IMG/VR virus record: IMGVR_UViG_3300012038_000028
Span: 1 to 35,130 of that record
Strand: one strand, 5' to 3'
From: a virus
Taxonomy: Duplodnaviria > Caudoviricetes
Length of the DNA stretch: 35,130 nt
The first letter of the stretch is position 1. Each line of letters begins with the position of its first letter. The notes under the pieces are model-generated. The model was not told where the DNA came from, made no database searches, and saw only the letters and a list, made by a program, of their open reading frames with translations. Below, piece by piece: positions 16,793 to 27,400 of this stretch. The translations under genes were made by a program, and so were the position numbers.

Positions 16793-16821
16793 TTGACAGA
16801 TGACAACTTTCATGCTATAAA
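16793..16821 (+). promoter_or_regulatory. Internal rightward promoter (PR2) before the tail fibre genes
   Basis: TTGACA-17 nt-TATAAA with TGC extension in the intergenic gap. Confidence 0.75.
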
Positions 16822-16893
16822 ATCTTCACTTCGCGCAGCGATACAACAAGCGCACGTCTGGCTGCATCGCCGTTGCAAATTGGTGGCACGGCG

Positions 16894-19413
16894 ATGGTAG
16901 CTAACATTCGTGGTTATACTCCTAACTACGATTTCAAGCTCATCAACTTCGACACACCGCGTTGGCATACTCTTGAGTATGACAACTGGAGTAAGCTAGA
17001 TGCATTGCTTACACAGACAGGTGTGCCGAACTTCCGCGGTGAGTGGATACACTCTACACTATACAACATCGGTGATCGTGTACAGGATGGTGAAGAAGGT
17101 CATCTCTACCGTGCACTAGTACAACATTCAAGCGCACCATCTGGCACATTCGCTGACGAACGAGCAGCGCACCCGGAGTACTGGGTCATTGTCATACCCG
17201 GTGTGCCTATCTACATAGGTGAGTGGGGTAGCAGTCAGACATACGCACAAGGTGACATTGTATTCATTGACTACGACTACTTCCTCTGTGTGGGTCCGCA
17301 CTTCTCCACTGCTACATTCGACCCTCTCTATTGGCAACAGATATTCAGCGCAGAGAGCATCGTGTTGGATGCACAAACTGCTGCGTCTGCTGCTGAAGCG
17401 TCTGCTGCTGCTGCTGCTGTATCCGAGACGAACGCTGCTGCAAGCGCTGCCGCTGCTGCTGTTGACGCTGATGATGCTGCTCTGAGTGCTGAAGCATCTG
17501 CTGCCGCGCAGGGCGCATTCAAGTGGAACTATGATAGTGCTACTGCTGCAGTTGATCCTGGCACTGGTGATGTACGCTTCAACAGTGCATTCTTGCCGTC
17601 AGCTACCGTAATGATGATCAGCAGTAGCACGATGGATACTGGCAATCCTGATGTGTCTGACTGGATTGCCACGTGGGATGATAGCACTAATCCAAATATA
17701 CGCGGCACTGTGTATGTGCGTAAGGTAGGCGCACCGCAGAACTTCTTCGTTGCTAACATCACAGGTGTAGTGCAAGACCTTGGAACTTGGTTGCAAATGC
17801 CTATCACACCGATCGCATTCGGTGGTGCTATCAACAACAATGATGATGTGACTATTGCATATGCACGTGCAGGTGATCGCGGAGCTAGCGGTCCCGGTGG
17901 CGGTGATATGCTTAGTACTAATAACTTGAGCGACGTTGATGACGCAGTATCAGCCGCAGCCAACTTGGGCCTTGGTACTACTAGTGTACCGACATTCGCA
18001 CAGATCAACCTCAACAACTTGCCAACGATTGCGACGCATGTAGCGACGAAGCAGTATGTTGACGACCTTCCTGACCCACCACAGCCACTGTACATCAGCG
18101 ACACACCGCCAGTTGGCGCAAGTGACAATGCGATGTGGTGGGACAGTGATGCTGGTGTTCTATACGTCCGTTACAACGATGGTGATAGCTCTCAGTGGGT
18201 ATCAGCAACAGCCGTACCTGTGATTGACACATCGTCGTTCGTAGTGAAGACCGGCGACACGATGGCAGGTGCGCTTGTATTGCCGAGTGATCCAGCTAAT
18301 CCACTAGAGGCTAGTACTAAGCAATACGTCGATGCTGCAGAGACTAATGCAAACCAATACACCGATGGCTTGATTACTAGTATACAAGCTAGCGTGCGCA
18401 TGACAGCACGTAATCGTGTTGTCAATGGTGATATGTTCATCTCTCAAGAGAATGGTGACGCTGCAGGGACTACAGCAAACTACTACATGGCAGACCAATG
18501 GGCAACGTCTTTTTCTATTAGTGGCGTTGGTGCTGTATCAAGTAAGAGACAAGCAACAATCACGCCGAAAGGTAGTCTCTACCGCGCACGTATCACTATC
18601 ACGACAGCTATACCAGCGCCAGTTTCGACAGACTACATATTCTTCACACAAGCCGTTGAAGGTTTTAGATTTGCTGACTTCAAGTTCGGCAGTGCTTCAG
18701 CTAGACGCATCATTGTGCGCTTCGGCTGGCGTAGTCCTGCTGGCACGTACTCATTAGCAATCAGGAATAGTGATGCTACTCGCACATTCCTTGCAAACTT
18801 CACGATCCCTGTGGAGCAGGCTAACAATGACACAGAGCAAGTCATTCTAATTCCCGGCGATGTGACAGGAACGTGGACGTATAGCAATACGACTGGTATG
18901 ACGCTGTGCTTCGCTATACTCACGAACGCAGACCTTAATGGTGTAGCAGGTTGGAATGCTGGCAACAAAATCGGCACATCTGCTAACACTAACGGTGCAG
19001 CAGTCATAAACAACACGTTTGATCTGTTCGATGTCGGCATGTATCTTGATCTAGATGGATCAGGTATTCCTCCACATTGGGAACGGCCTGAGTACACTCA
19101 AGAGATAGTGTTGTGTCGGCGGTATTGGCGTCTAAATGATGACTTCCGAACGACGTTCGTAGGAAGTACGACTGCTATACGTGCGATCATGCCGATAGAG
19201 CCGTATATGAGAACTAGCCCTGCTGTGTCTATAAGAAATGGAACAGGTGGCATTCATGTATGGAGCGCGGCTCTAGTAGACTTAATAGCAATCACGGCAA
19301 ACAACAGTCAACCGCACCTACTCGATATAAGTGGAACTGGCAGTCTAGCACACTCAAACGCGCTTGCTTCAAGTATCACATTAGGCGTACTAAACGTCAG
19401 TGCGAGGTTGTAG
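16894..19413 (+). CDS. Tail fibre protein 1
   Basis: Two W...Y..GD.V CBM5/12-like repeats, an Ala-rich coiled coil, KTGDTM.G.L and TKQYVD fibre repeats, and a C-terminal RNRVVNGD..ISQ domain. Confidence 0.8.
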   Translation: MVANIRGYTPNYDFKLINFDTPRWHTLEYDNWSKLDALLTQTGVPNFRGEWIHSTLYNIGDRVQDGEEGHLYRALVQHSSAPSGTFADERAAHPEYWVIVIPGVPIYIGEWGSSQTYAQGDIVFIDYDYFLCVGPHFSTATFDPLYWQQIFSAESIVLDAQTAASAAEASAAAAAVSETNAAASAAAAAVDADDAALSAEASAAAQGAFKWNYDSATAAVDPGTGDVRFNSAFLPSATVMMISSSTMDTGNPDVSDWIATWDDSTNPNIRGTVYVRKVGAPQNFFVANITGVVQDLGTWLQMPITPIAFGGAINNNDDVTIAYARAGDRGASGPGGGDMLSTNNLSDVDDAVSAAANLGLGTTSVPTFAQINLNNLPTIATHVATKQYVDDLPDPPQPLYISDTPPVGASDNAMWWDSDAGVLYVRYNDGDSSQWVSATAVPVIDTSSFVVKTGDTMAGALVLPSDPANPLEASTKQYVDAAETNANQYTDGLITSIQASVRMTARNRVVNGDMFISQENGDAAGTTANYYMADQWATSFSISGVGAVSSKRQATITPKGSLYRARITITTAIPAPVSTDYIFFTQAVEGFRFADFKFGSASARRIIVRFGWRSPAGTYSLAIRNSDATRTFLANFTIPVEQANNDTEQVILIPGDVTGTWTYSNTTGMTLCFAILTNADLNGVAGWNAGNKIGTSANTNGAAVINNTFDLFDVGMYLDLDGSGIPPHWERPEYTQEIVLCRRYWRLNDDFRTTFVGSTTAIRAIMPIEPYMRTSPAVSIRNGTGGIHVWSAALVDLIAITANNSQPHLLDISGTGSLAHSNALASSITLGVLNVSARL

Positions 19414-19415
19414 CC

Positions 19416-19613
19416 ATGCCATATGTATCTGCATACTACGCACCAACTACTAACCTAACACCTGACATGCCTCAGCCGAAGGACGGTGAGCGTCCTGTCA
19501 TCGCTGTAGATGATCAAGGTGTTGAGTGGCATCTTACTGAAGACAGTACAGTAGGCGATTGGCTACGCTACATCGAAGACGGTGGACAGATACAACAGTC
19601 GGTGGATAGCTGA
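19416..19613 (+). CDS. Small protein, probable fibre chaperone (65 aa)
   Basis: ATG 2 nt after the fibre stop, GAGG upstream, WLRYIEDGG motif. Function inferred from position only. Confidence 0.6.
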   Translation: MPYVSAYYAPTTNLTPDMPQPKDGERPVIAVDDQGVEWHLTEDSTVGDWLRYIEDGGQIQQSVDS

Positions 19614-19614
19614 C

Positions 19615-20625
19615 ATGGGCATCAACTTCCCAAACACTCCTGCACTCGATCAGCTTCACCCTGTTCCTGCCATCCCAGGCATTCCACAGTACAAGTGGAA
19701 CGGTGAAGTGTGGGTAGCACAGCCGTCAACTACAGCGCAGTATGTGCAGATCACCGGCGACACGATGACAGGTCCGCTGTCGTTGGAAGATGCGCCGACG
19801 CAGCCATTACACGCAACGAATAAGCAGTATGTAGATGCGAATGCATCTAGTGCAGACAAGGTTAACCGTAGTGGCGACACTATGGAAGGTAGTCTTAATC
19901 TGCTTGGAGGTAATCGCGTCATTTATGAAGCTACTAACACTGGTTTCTTCATCGACACGGTTGGAGGTCCAAATAGAGTATTCTTAGGTACGTGGGGAGC
20001 AGTTGACGCATTCGCTATTCTAACAAATGTACATGGCGAAGTGATGAAGCTCGATGTTCCTACAGGCATCATCAACTTCACACTAGGAGGAACTGTTCCT
20101 AACGTCGCTACAGGCAGCAGCACGAAGATTGCGAACACTGAATATGTAGAACGACGTGCTAGTGAGTGGGCGCTAGCGTATGCTAATCAAAAGGTCGCCA
20201 AAGCTGGCGATACTATGACCGGCAACCTAGTGACAGCAAGTAATATCAACATCATTGCGTATGGTGCTGGCACAGGTGCGATTGAAGTATTCAGTCCTTA
20301 TTCTAACGCATCAATATCATTTCACATGTCGGGCCAGTTCGGTGGCAACTTCGGCATGGCTAGCAATGGTAATATGTACTTCGGTGGCTGGTCACATGGC
20401 GGTGTTGCTTATCAACTTTGGTCTAATCGTGATTTCAGTGCTCCTATGACGAATGTGCGCTTCGCGTATGTAGGTGACTACCAATACACAGCAGGTCTAG
20501 TTGAAGGTTACGGCCCTTCTGCATGTGTTACGGGTCTTAGCGGTTATCAGCAAGGCCCATATGGGCGTCATCGACAATGCCAAGTGCTTGTTGGCGGTGG
20601 TTGGTATAATGCTGGTTCTGCGTAA
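19615..20625 (+). CDS. Tail fibre protein 2
   Basis: INFPNTP...YKWNGEVW N-terminus, three GDTM.G.L repeats, ISFHMSGQFGGNFG motif. Confidence 0.75.
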   Translation: MGINFPNTPALDQLHPVPAIPGIPQYKWNGEVWVAQPSTTAQYVQITGDTMTGPLSLEDAPTQPLHATNKQYVDANASSADKVNRSGDTMEGSLNLLGGNRVIYEATNTGFFIDTVGGPNRVFLGTWGAVDAFAILTNVHGEVMKLDVPTGIINFTLGGTVPNVATGSSTKIANTEYVERRASEWALAYANQKVAKAGDTMTGNLVTASNINIIAYGAGTGAIEVFSPYSNASISFHMSGQFGGNFGMASNGNMYFGGWSHGGVAYQLWSNRDFSAPMTNVRFAYVGDYQYTAGLVEGYGPSACVTGLSGYQQGPYGRHRQCQVLVGGGWYNAGSA

Positions 20626-20647
20626 GTAGGCAAGGATACGTACACAC

Positions 20648-21307
20648 ATGAACATCATAGACCACGGCAAGTGGATACCGTATACGCCTATACCGCATCC
20701 TGCTAACTTGCCTAAGAACATCGCGTTTGCGAAGCGCGAGAGCGATGGTGTTGATTGGTATGAGTATATCTATCATGAAGTTACAGCACAGCCTATAGGT
20801 GTTGGTGAACACGGTGTGCCGGTGTATCCACCCGGTCCTACCAAGTATACAACAGTAAGAGACTTCCTCAAGAGCGAAGCAACTGTGAAGTGTGCTGCGT
20901 TGTTCTGGCCTGTACATAATGCATACATCGTTGGCGCTGCTAGCTTTGATGTAACACAGATATTCCCAGTTAATCAGTATGCATTCGTGATTGAGGGCTA
21001 CACAGGCACCGATCCGCAGACAGACTTCGGTGGTAAGGTGTATGATCCTGTTGCACTCACACTTGCTGATGCACCTATCTTGCCACCACTAGCTGACCCT
21101 AATGCACGGCTTGATGCAGGTGTAGCAGCAGCGTTGGATGTTGCTATAGCTGTTAAGTTAGCAATGCAAAATCTACCTGATAACTTCACTGCTGCTAACT
21201 TCACAGCTATGAAGATACAACTTGATGCGCTGACTGAAGCGTTTGCTGCGATGATGCAAGCATTAGTACAACCATCACCACCACCGTCACCACCGCCACC
21301 ACCATGA
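20648..21307 (+). CDS. Tail fibre assembly/chaperone-like protein
   Basis: RESDGVDWYEY motif directly after the fibre gene. Poly-Pro C-terminus. Confidence 0.6.
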   Translation: MNIIDHGKWIPYTPIPHPANLPKNIAFAKRESDGVDWYEYIYHEVTAQPIGVGEHGVPVYPPGPTKYTTVRDFLKSEATVKCAALFWPVHNAYIVGAASFDVTQIFPVNQYAFVIEGYTGTDPQTDFGGKVYDPVALTLADAPILPPLADPNARLDAGVAAALDVAIAVKLAMQNLPDNFTAANFTAMKIQLDALTEAFAAMMQALVQPSPPPSPPPPP

Positions 21308-21531
21308 TCGAAGCTATCGTCGTCGCAGCGGCGCAACAGTATATCGTACTACAGACACTAGATGGGCGCACTATGTATGTCAATCCGCGGCACATCGTTA
21401 GCACTAGTCAAGCGAAGGGTAAGTTGGTGGTAGATGCTGTGCAGTGTGTTATCTATACTACCGATGGTAGGATCATCACAGTGAGTGAGACATGTAACAG
21501 CGTCAAGGCGCGTATAGAACAACTCAAATAG
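21304..21531 (+). CDS. Small protein resembling the FlbD-like fold (75 aa)
   Basis: ATGA overlap. Pattern IVLQTLDG..MYVNPRHI...IYTTDG..ITVSET...V..RI. Confidence 0.55.
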   Translation: MIEAIVVAAAQQYIVLQTLDGRTMYVNPRHIVSTSQAKGKLVVDAVQCVIYTTDGRIITVSETCNSVKARIEQLK

Positions 21532-21538
21532 GGATGTG

Positions 21539-21733
21539 ATGCGTATCGCTCTAGTACTTGCTGCGTGCTTACTACTAAGCGGTTGTCAGATAACAGGCGG
21601 TAGATGGGTAGTTGATGATGTAAGTCGTAAGTGCCGTGGTGGTGTGATCAACACTGAGAAGCGTATCACTGATACGTACATCACTGGCCGCGTTAGGAAT
21701 ACGACTATCAGAACCGATGCGTGTTTGGATTAG
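21539..21733 (+). CDS. Small lipoprotein
   Basis: Signal peptide with lipobox MRIALVLAACLLLSG-C. Confidence 0.7.
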   Translation: MRIALVLAACLLLSGCQITGGRWVVDDVSRKCRGGVINTEKRITDTYITGRVRNTTIRTDACLD

Positions 21734-21736
21734 CAG

Positions 21737-22291
21737 ATGAAAGTAGAAGAACTACACACACCACTACACGGCGTCGATGTTGCTGAGCTAGCTCAACATC
21801 ATCACGACGAATTTGGCGGTAGCCGTGAGTTTAGCAGAGAAGCAGTAAGCCGTGCATGTTTCAACTGCATACTAGACAGACAACGTGAACAGGTCAACTG
21901 CTGGGTAGTCTACGATGATGCAGATATACCTGTTGGCTACTTCGCTGGCACTATTCATCGCAGCTTCTACAGTGATCGGCTGTATGCTGTACAAGAGATG
22001 TGGTACGTGTTGCCAAGAGTTAGAGGCACTAGAGCGGCAATCGAATTACTGGTACAATTTGAGCGTTGGGCTAACAATCACGGCGTTGAGCGTATCTATA
22101 CACAAGTCGAGCATGATGACGATGGTGATGTAGTCGAGCGCGTGTTTAAGCTGATGAATAAGTTAGGTTATAAACGACAAGGCTATATCGCTGTGAAAGT
22201 GACTAACAACAAGCCAAACACTAAGCACGAGGACAAAGACAATGATCGCTCCACACATCGCGGCGTGGGCGCTATCGAAGCGCAACAGTAA
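21737..22291 (+). CDS. GNAT-family acetyltransferase-like protein
   Basis: PVGYFAG...AVQEMWYVLPRVRGTRAAIELL..FERWA...G and KLGY motifs. Position before the ejection genes is common in podoviruses. Confidence 0.85.
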   Translation: MKVEELHTPLHGVDVAELAQHHHDEFGGSREFSREAVSRACFNCILDRQREQVNCWVVYDDADIPVGYFAGTIHRSFYSDRLYAVQEMWYVLPRVRGTRAAIELLVQFERWANNHGVERIYTQVEHDDDGDVVERVFKLMNKLGYKRQGYIAVKVTNNKPNTKHEDKDNDRSTHRGVGAIEAQQ

Positions 22292-23348
22292 AGAAGGTGT
22301 GGCTGCGGTTGTTGCCACTCCTATTCACAGTGTGCAGAAGCCTAAGAAGAAGCGCGTTGAGAACGAACGTGTGCTAGAGACAAAGGGTGGAGGTGGTTAC
22401 GTTCCACCGCCGCAACCTAGTCCGCGTGAGCTAGCTGAAGCACGCGATTGGGAAGCACGGCAAGAGTACGAACGTGAACAGCGTAGAGCTGATGCACTCA
22501 AAGAACAACAGCGCATTGAGAAAGAAGCCAGCGATGCTGCATGGAACTCTAGCAAGGGTGCAGCATACACAGGCGCACTGACAGGCGGTACGAGCAGACT
22601 GAAGTCGCTGGGCATTGAAGCTGGTGATCCATACGGTGTATATGCAGACTTCACCAATCGCCTCAACACAGCCAATGCAAGCCTGCAACCCGGTGCGGAC
22701 TACAGCAGCGCATTCGCACCTACTATCCTTGATGAGATACTAGGTGGCGCACGCAGTGGTCAGCGTAACAAGTACAAGACTGCGTTTGAGGGTCAGATTG
22801 ATCCTTACTACGCAGAGGACAGGTTCGGTAGTACTGCAGATGATGCGATCTTGAATGCAATTCTAGAAGACCAATACGGCACGGCTGCTGCTGATCTAGC
22901 TGCTGCGCGTGATCGTGGTCAGGCTAGCAACATCGTCTACGACAGGGCGTTGAAAGACCTCAGTACTGCGCGTGCAACAGCCAACACCGACTTGCAGAAC
23001 ATCGGCGGTGGTGTGCTATCTGACATCGTTGGTGACATCGGTAGCCGTAGACAGAGTGCACTCGACAGTGCTGCTGCATGGGACTTCGGTTCTACCTACG
23101 ATCCTAGCAGAGAAGCAGATCGCATTCGTAGCTACGCAGACGAACGTGGTGCAGGGCTTGAAGGTGCTATCCGTGGTGCAGTCGGTGGTCGTGAGTTCTT
23201 TGATGTCAACTCACTACTCGGCAAAGCTTCGGCACGTGCTGGCAACCAGACTACGCCAACCACTACAGGCAGTGCTCTGTTCGACACGTTCAAGAATGAA
23301 GCCACTAAGACTAGCGACAACGTGAAGACTACCGAAGGCATCTTCTAG
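22242..23348 (+). CDS. Internal virion / ejection protein
   Basis: GAGGA RBS. KGGGG..PPPQP motif followed by an Ala/Gly-rich helical body. Confidence 0.65.
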   Translation: MIAPHIAAWALSKRNSKEGVAAVVATPIHSVQKPKKKRVENERVLETKGGGGYVPPPQPSPRELAEARDWEARQEYEREQRRADALKEQQRIEKEASDAAWNSSKGAAYTGALTGGTSRLKSLGIEAGDPYGVYADFTNRLNTANASLQPGADYSSAFAPTILDEILGGARSGQRNKYKTAFEGQIDPYYAEDRFGSTADDAILNAILEDQYGTAAADLAAARDRGQASNIVYDRALKDLSTARATANTDLQNIGGGVLSDIVGDIGSRRQSALDSAAAWDFGSTYDPSREADRIRSYADERGAGLEGAIRGAVGGREFFDVNSLLGKASARAGNQTTPTTTGSALFDTFKNEATKTSDNVKTTEGIF

Positions 23349-23379
23349 CACACGTGTAGTAGTCTAGAGGAATAGACCA

Positions 23380-24432
23380 ATGATGGACTTTGGCTTGGGT
23401 GGCTTGTTCGCTGCTGGCGGTAACATCGCCGGGGCAATGATCAACGCTGAAGAAGAAGCTAAGACGCGCGACATGAACTGGGCAATCGCTGTCTGGAACA
23501 TGCAGCAGCGTGAGCGTGAGCGTAATGAAGCCATCGCTATGTCTAACAAGCTGCGTGGTGAGCAGAAGTTAGGCACGACTGATATACGTGGTACGCGGAC
23601 TAAGTTTGTGCCCGGTCAAGGGTGGGTTGTAACAGGCTCACCCGAATTGCTTGAGATGATGAAGCTGCAAGACGCAGAGCAGCGTAAGGTGCTGACTGAA
23701 GACTTGCCACTGCGTCGCAATGTGATGAAGCGCAACTACACGCGCGGGTTGGAGGAAGAAGCACTAGCTGATACGTTTAGACGACAGTTGATGAACAAAG
23801 CACCTGTAGATGATGACGCTTATGCTGCAGACTTGTATCAAGCTATGGCAGGCGGTTTGCGTGAGGCTAGTGGTGACGCTGGTCGTCGTGTGTTCACACA
23901 AGCTATGCGCACTGGTCAGAACAGCAACTTTGGTGACATAGCCACAGGTCTACAGCGCGCAGACAACGCAGCATACTCGAATGCAGCATTGCAGGCGAAG
24001 CTGATGTCAGAAGGTCATGCAGACAAGAAGGCTGGCGAGAGACAGAATAGACTTGCTAATCTGTACAACCTGTTCGCTACACGTGCACAGCAACTGCCAG
24101 AGACGAACTACAAGCCACAGACCATTGACGCGCAAGGCAATGTGAGTGATGCAACTAAGCAGGCGATGGCTGCTGGCGAGTTGTCAACTAAGATGGCTGC
24201 TATGAAGGGCGGTGAGCTTGACTATCTCTCACCAAACATGGCGTTCGGCAACGGCATCTCTGCTGCTGGTACATCATTGGGTAGCATGTTCGGTGCAATG
24301 GGTGCTAAGAACGCATACAACAACCGCGGACAGCAACAGACTGCAGGCGTGCAGAGCTTCGGTGCTACAGGTGGTAGCGGTGGTTACGGTGATATGTACC
24401 TTAGCGGTCAACACGATAACGTCTGGTCGTAG
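23380..24432 (+). CDS. Internal virion / ejection (pilot-like) protein
   Basis: GAGGA RBS. Gly/Ala hydrophobic segments near both ends with coiled coil between. Confidence 0.65.
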   Translation: MMDFGLGGLFAAGGNIAGAMINAEEEAKTRDMNWAIAVWNMQQRERERNEAIAMSNKLRGEQKLGTTDIRGTRTKFVPGQGWVVTGSPELLEMMKLQDAEQRKVLTEDLPLRRNVMKRNYTRGLEEEALADTFRRQLMNKAPVDDDAYAADLYQAMAGGLREASGDAGRRVFTQAMRTGQNSNFGDIATGLQRADNAAYSNAALQAKLMSEGHADKKAGERQNRLANLYNLFATRAQQLPETNYKPQTIDAQGNVSDATKQAMAAGELSTKMAAMKGGELDYLSPNMAFGNGISAAGTSLGSMFGAMGAKNAYNNRGQQQTAGVQSFGATGGSGGYGDMYLSGQHDNVWS

Positions 24433-24439
24433 GTGAACA

Positions 24440-27400
24440 ATGGCACGTGTTATCCCGTCAGGTTCAAAGGACGAGACTGGACAGAACGCTAGACAAACTG
24501 CTGCTGCCTTCGAGGCGCTGCGTCGGTTGTATATATCGTTGATGGCGCGGCGTGAGGAACAAGAGCGCAACGAACAGATGCGTCTGCAGATGTTGGGCTT
24601 GCAGCAGCAACACCAGATCGGCATGCAAGAGCGCAGTCAGCAACATGCGTATGATCTTGAGGATTACAGGTATGGTGGTGGTCGCAATGGTGCTGGTGGT
24701 CCTAATCTACTAGGCCCCGGTGCACAAGGTCTGCCTGCCCCAGCTACTCCTACTACTGCTAAGCCTGCTGCAGCTAAGCCACCTGTGTTCACGCCTAACA
24801 TGATACCGGGCAGTGTTGCACCACTTACACCCGGCGATCAGTTCAAGGGTGCACAGCAGCAACCAACTATAGGCCCTAATCCAGATAAGTTCTCTGCACT
24901 CACTGGCGTCGATGCTATGGCGAGTGCAGACACAGAGGCATTCAGTGCACAGTCGAAGCCTGCTGCGCCTGCTCCTACTAAGAACCAGACAGGTGTCAAG
25001 TCACCACTACCGAAGGAGACATCGAGCCGTACACGTCAACGTCCACAGCGTGATGCGTATCTGCCAATCGACCCGCAGTGGCTTGGCTACATGGCACAGA
25101 AGGAGAAGGAGTACGGTCTACCACAGGGTATGCTGATTACACTCTATGGCATGGAGAATGGTGGTGGTCGTAGTGTAGGCAGGAACCCTAAGAGCACTGC
25201 AACAGGGTTGTTCCAGTTCACTGCTGACTTGCGCAAGGAACACGGCATCAGTGATCAGGACACTACCAATCCTGCTATCATGATTGACAAAGCAGCAGCC
25301 AATCTGCAACGCAATCACGAAGTGCTCAAGTCGAAGTTCGGTGTCAGTCTACCTACTACACCCGAAGCTATCCCTGTGTGGTCACTACTACATCAGTTCG
25401 GTGCAGGCAACGGACCACGCATCGTGAAGGCGTTGGCCGATGGTCATGACACGCCAATGATGCAGGTGATGATACCAAGTAAGAACAACTACCAGACACT
25501 TGTCAACAACGGCATCGACCCGATGACGAGTGTAAAGAACTTCGTTAGTCAGCACACACAGAAGGCACGCAACTGGTTTCACTCTAGTATACAGCAGTTC
25601 CAAAATCCTAACGCACAACAGCCGCAGCAGCAAGTACAACGTCCTCCTGCAGACATTCAAGATGGTGGACGTGGTTCTAATCCACGATTGATTAGAGCGA
25701 TCAGTGGCGGTGCGTCACTTGCACTGCCTGATGGCTACTCACTGCGTCAGACATCAGGGCACAGGCCGGGTGATAGTGGCTATCATGGTAGACGTGAGGC
25801 TGCTGACTTCCAGATCGTCACACCTGACGGCAGGGCGATACCGAATAGGGGTGAGGATACGACTGGGTTGTACACACGTCTAGCACGTGGCGTGAAGACA
25901 TGGATCGCTGAGAATGATCCAGGGTTCCAAGTCAACTACGGCGGTGCACACGGTACACAGAAGCGCGGTGGTGGTGTACCTGACTTGATGCACTACGACA
26001 CTGGACGTGATCGTGGCAACATGCGTCCTGATGTGCGTATGTCTCGGTTGCCGTTGTTGAGTGACGAAGAACGCAACGCGCCTGTGCAACAGGCATCAGC
26101 ACAAGCGCCTGCTCCTGTGCCACAGGTACAAGCATTGCCACAGGTACAAGCACAAGCACCTGATGCTAGTACAGTAGCAGCAACACTGCCGTCGCGTGGT
26201 GGTAAGGTGATTGGCAACACTGCGGCGTTCGAGAAGCAGTACGGTGTACAACCACAGCCGTCTATTGCATCGCTTGACATCTTCAGCCCGACACTTGCAG
26301 CTAATCAGCCAACGCAGCAACAGCCACCCACGTCTATCACGCCGAAGTCGAGCACACTGAGTGCACGGAGTGATCTAGAGTACGGTGCACAGCCTACTAC
26401 TGCTGATGTGCCTGCTCCTATCGAACCGCAGCAGAGTACATTGAGTGCTCGTAGTGATCTTGACTACGGTGGACAAGCACCTGAGCAAGTGCCACTGCCC
26501 CCTGAGCGGCCTACTGACGTGCCACAGCAGAAGCAACCACCACCTAGTGAAGACTATGATCTGCGTGATGACATGCAGACAGAGTTCACTGTCAGTGCGC
26601 GTGAAGGCTCACCGAATGTAGACGTTGCGGTTGATCAAGCACTAGCCGATCTACGTGGTGACATCAACACACGCAACTTTCCAACACTACCGACGCCGGG
26701 TGTTGTAGCTAAGCAAGACCTACCACCTGAATTGACGCCGCCTGCTGCACCTATACAGTGGCCTCCTGCTTCACCCGCTGCACCTAGCGCAGTAGCACGT
26801 GCACCTGTGCCGCAGGAGTTTGCATCTGTTGACAGAGGACAACGACCTGTAGCAGCGCCGCCTGATGTGAGTGCTAGCAGTGCTCAACCTGCAGCACCTA
26901 CACGTGTGCCGGGTCAGAGCATTGTGAATGCTATCTACTCGCGTCTACCTAACCTGTCTACTGCTGAGCAACAAGGTAACAAAGGCACACCGCCGCAGTT
27001 GCCCAACATGCCACCGCCGTCAGCACTCATGCCCAGCTTGCCGCCTATGCCACAAGGCATGTCACTTGAAGGTGTAGGTGAGTGGTTGAAGCAGAACTTC
27101 GGTCCCGGTGGTGCACCGCCTGCACAGCGTGAGTTCAACACGAAGCTGCAAGATGCTGTGCGACAGAAGTTCGGTGATGTGCGTGGTGCTGTGAGTGGCT
27201 TCGATCCGATGGCGTTCATTGAGAAGCTGCGCTATGGGCCTAAGAGTGTGAAGACTACTACCATCGGCCCACCGCAAGCTGCACCACAGAAAGCACCAGC
27301 ACGCACGATGCCGGGTGGTACACCTTATGTACCTGATCAACCGCCGCTACAGCTTGTGCCTCCCAAGGGTGGGCCTACCAACTCCACATTGAGTGGTGGT

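Noticed and set aside
17380-17510. GCT-rich repeats
   Set aside because: Explained by the Ala-rich coiled coil of the tail fibre.
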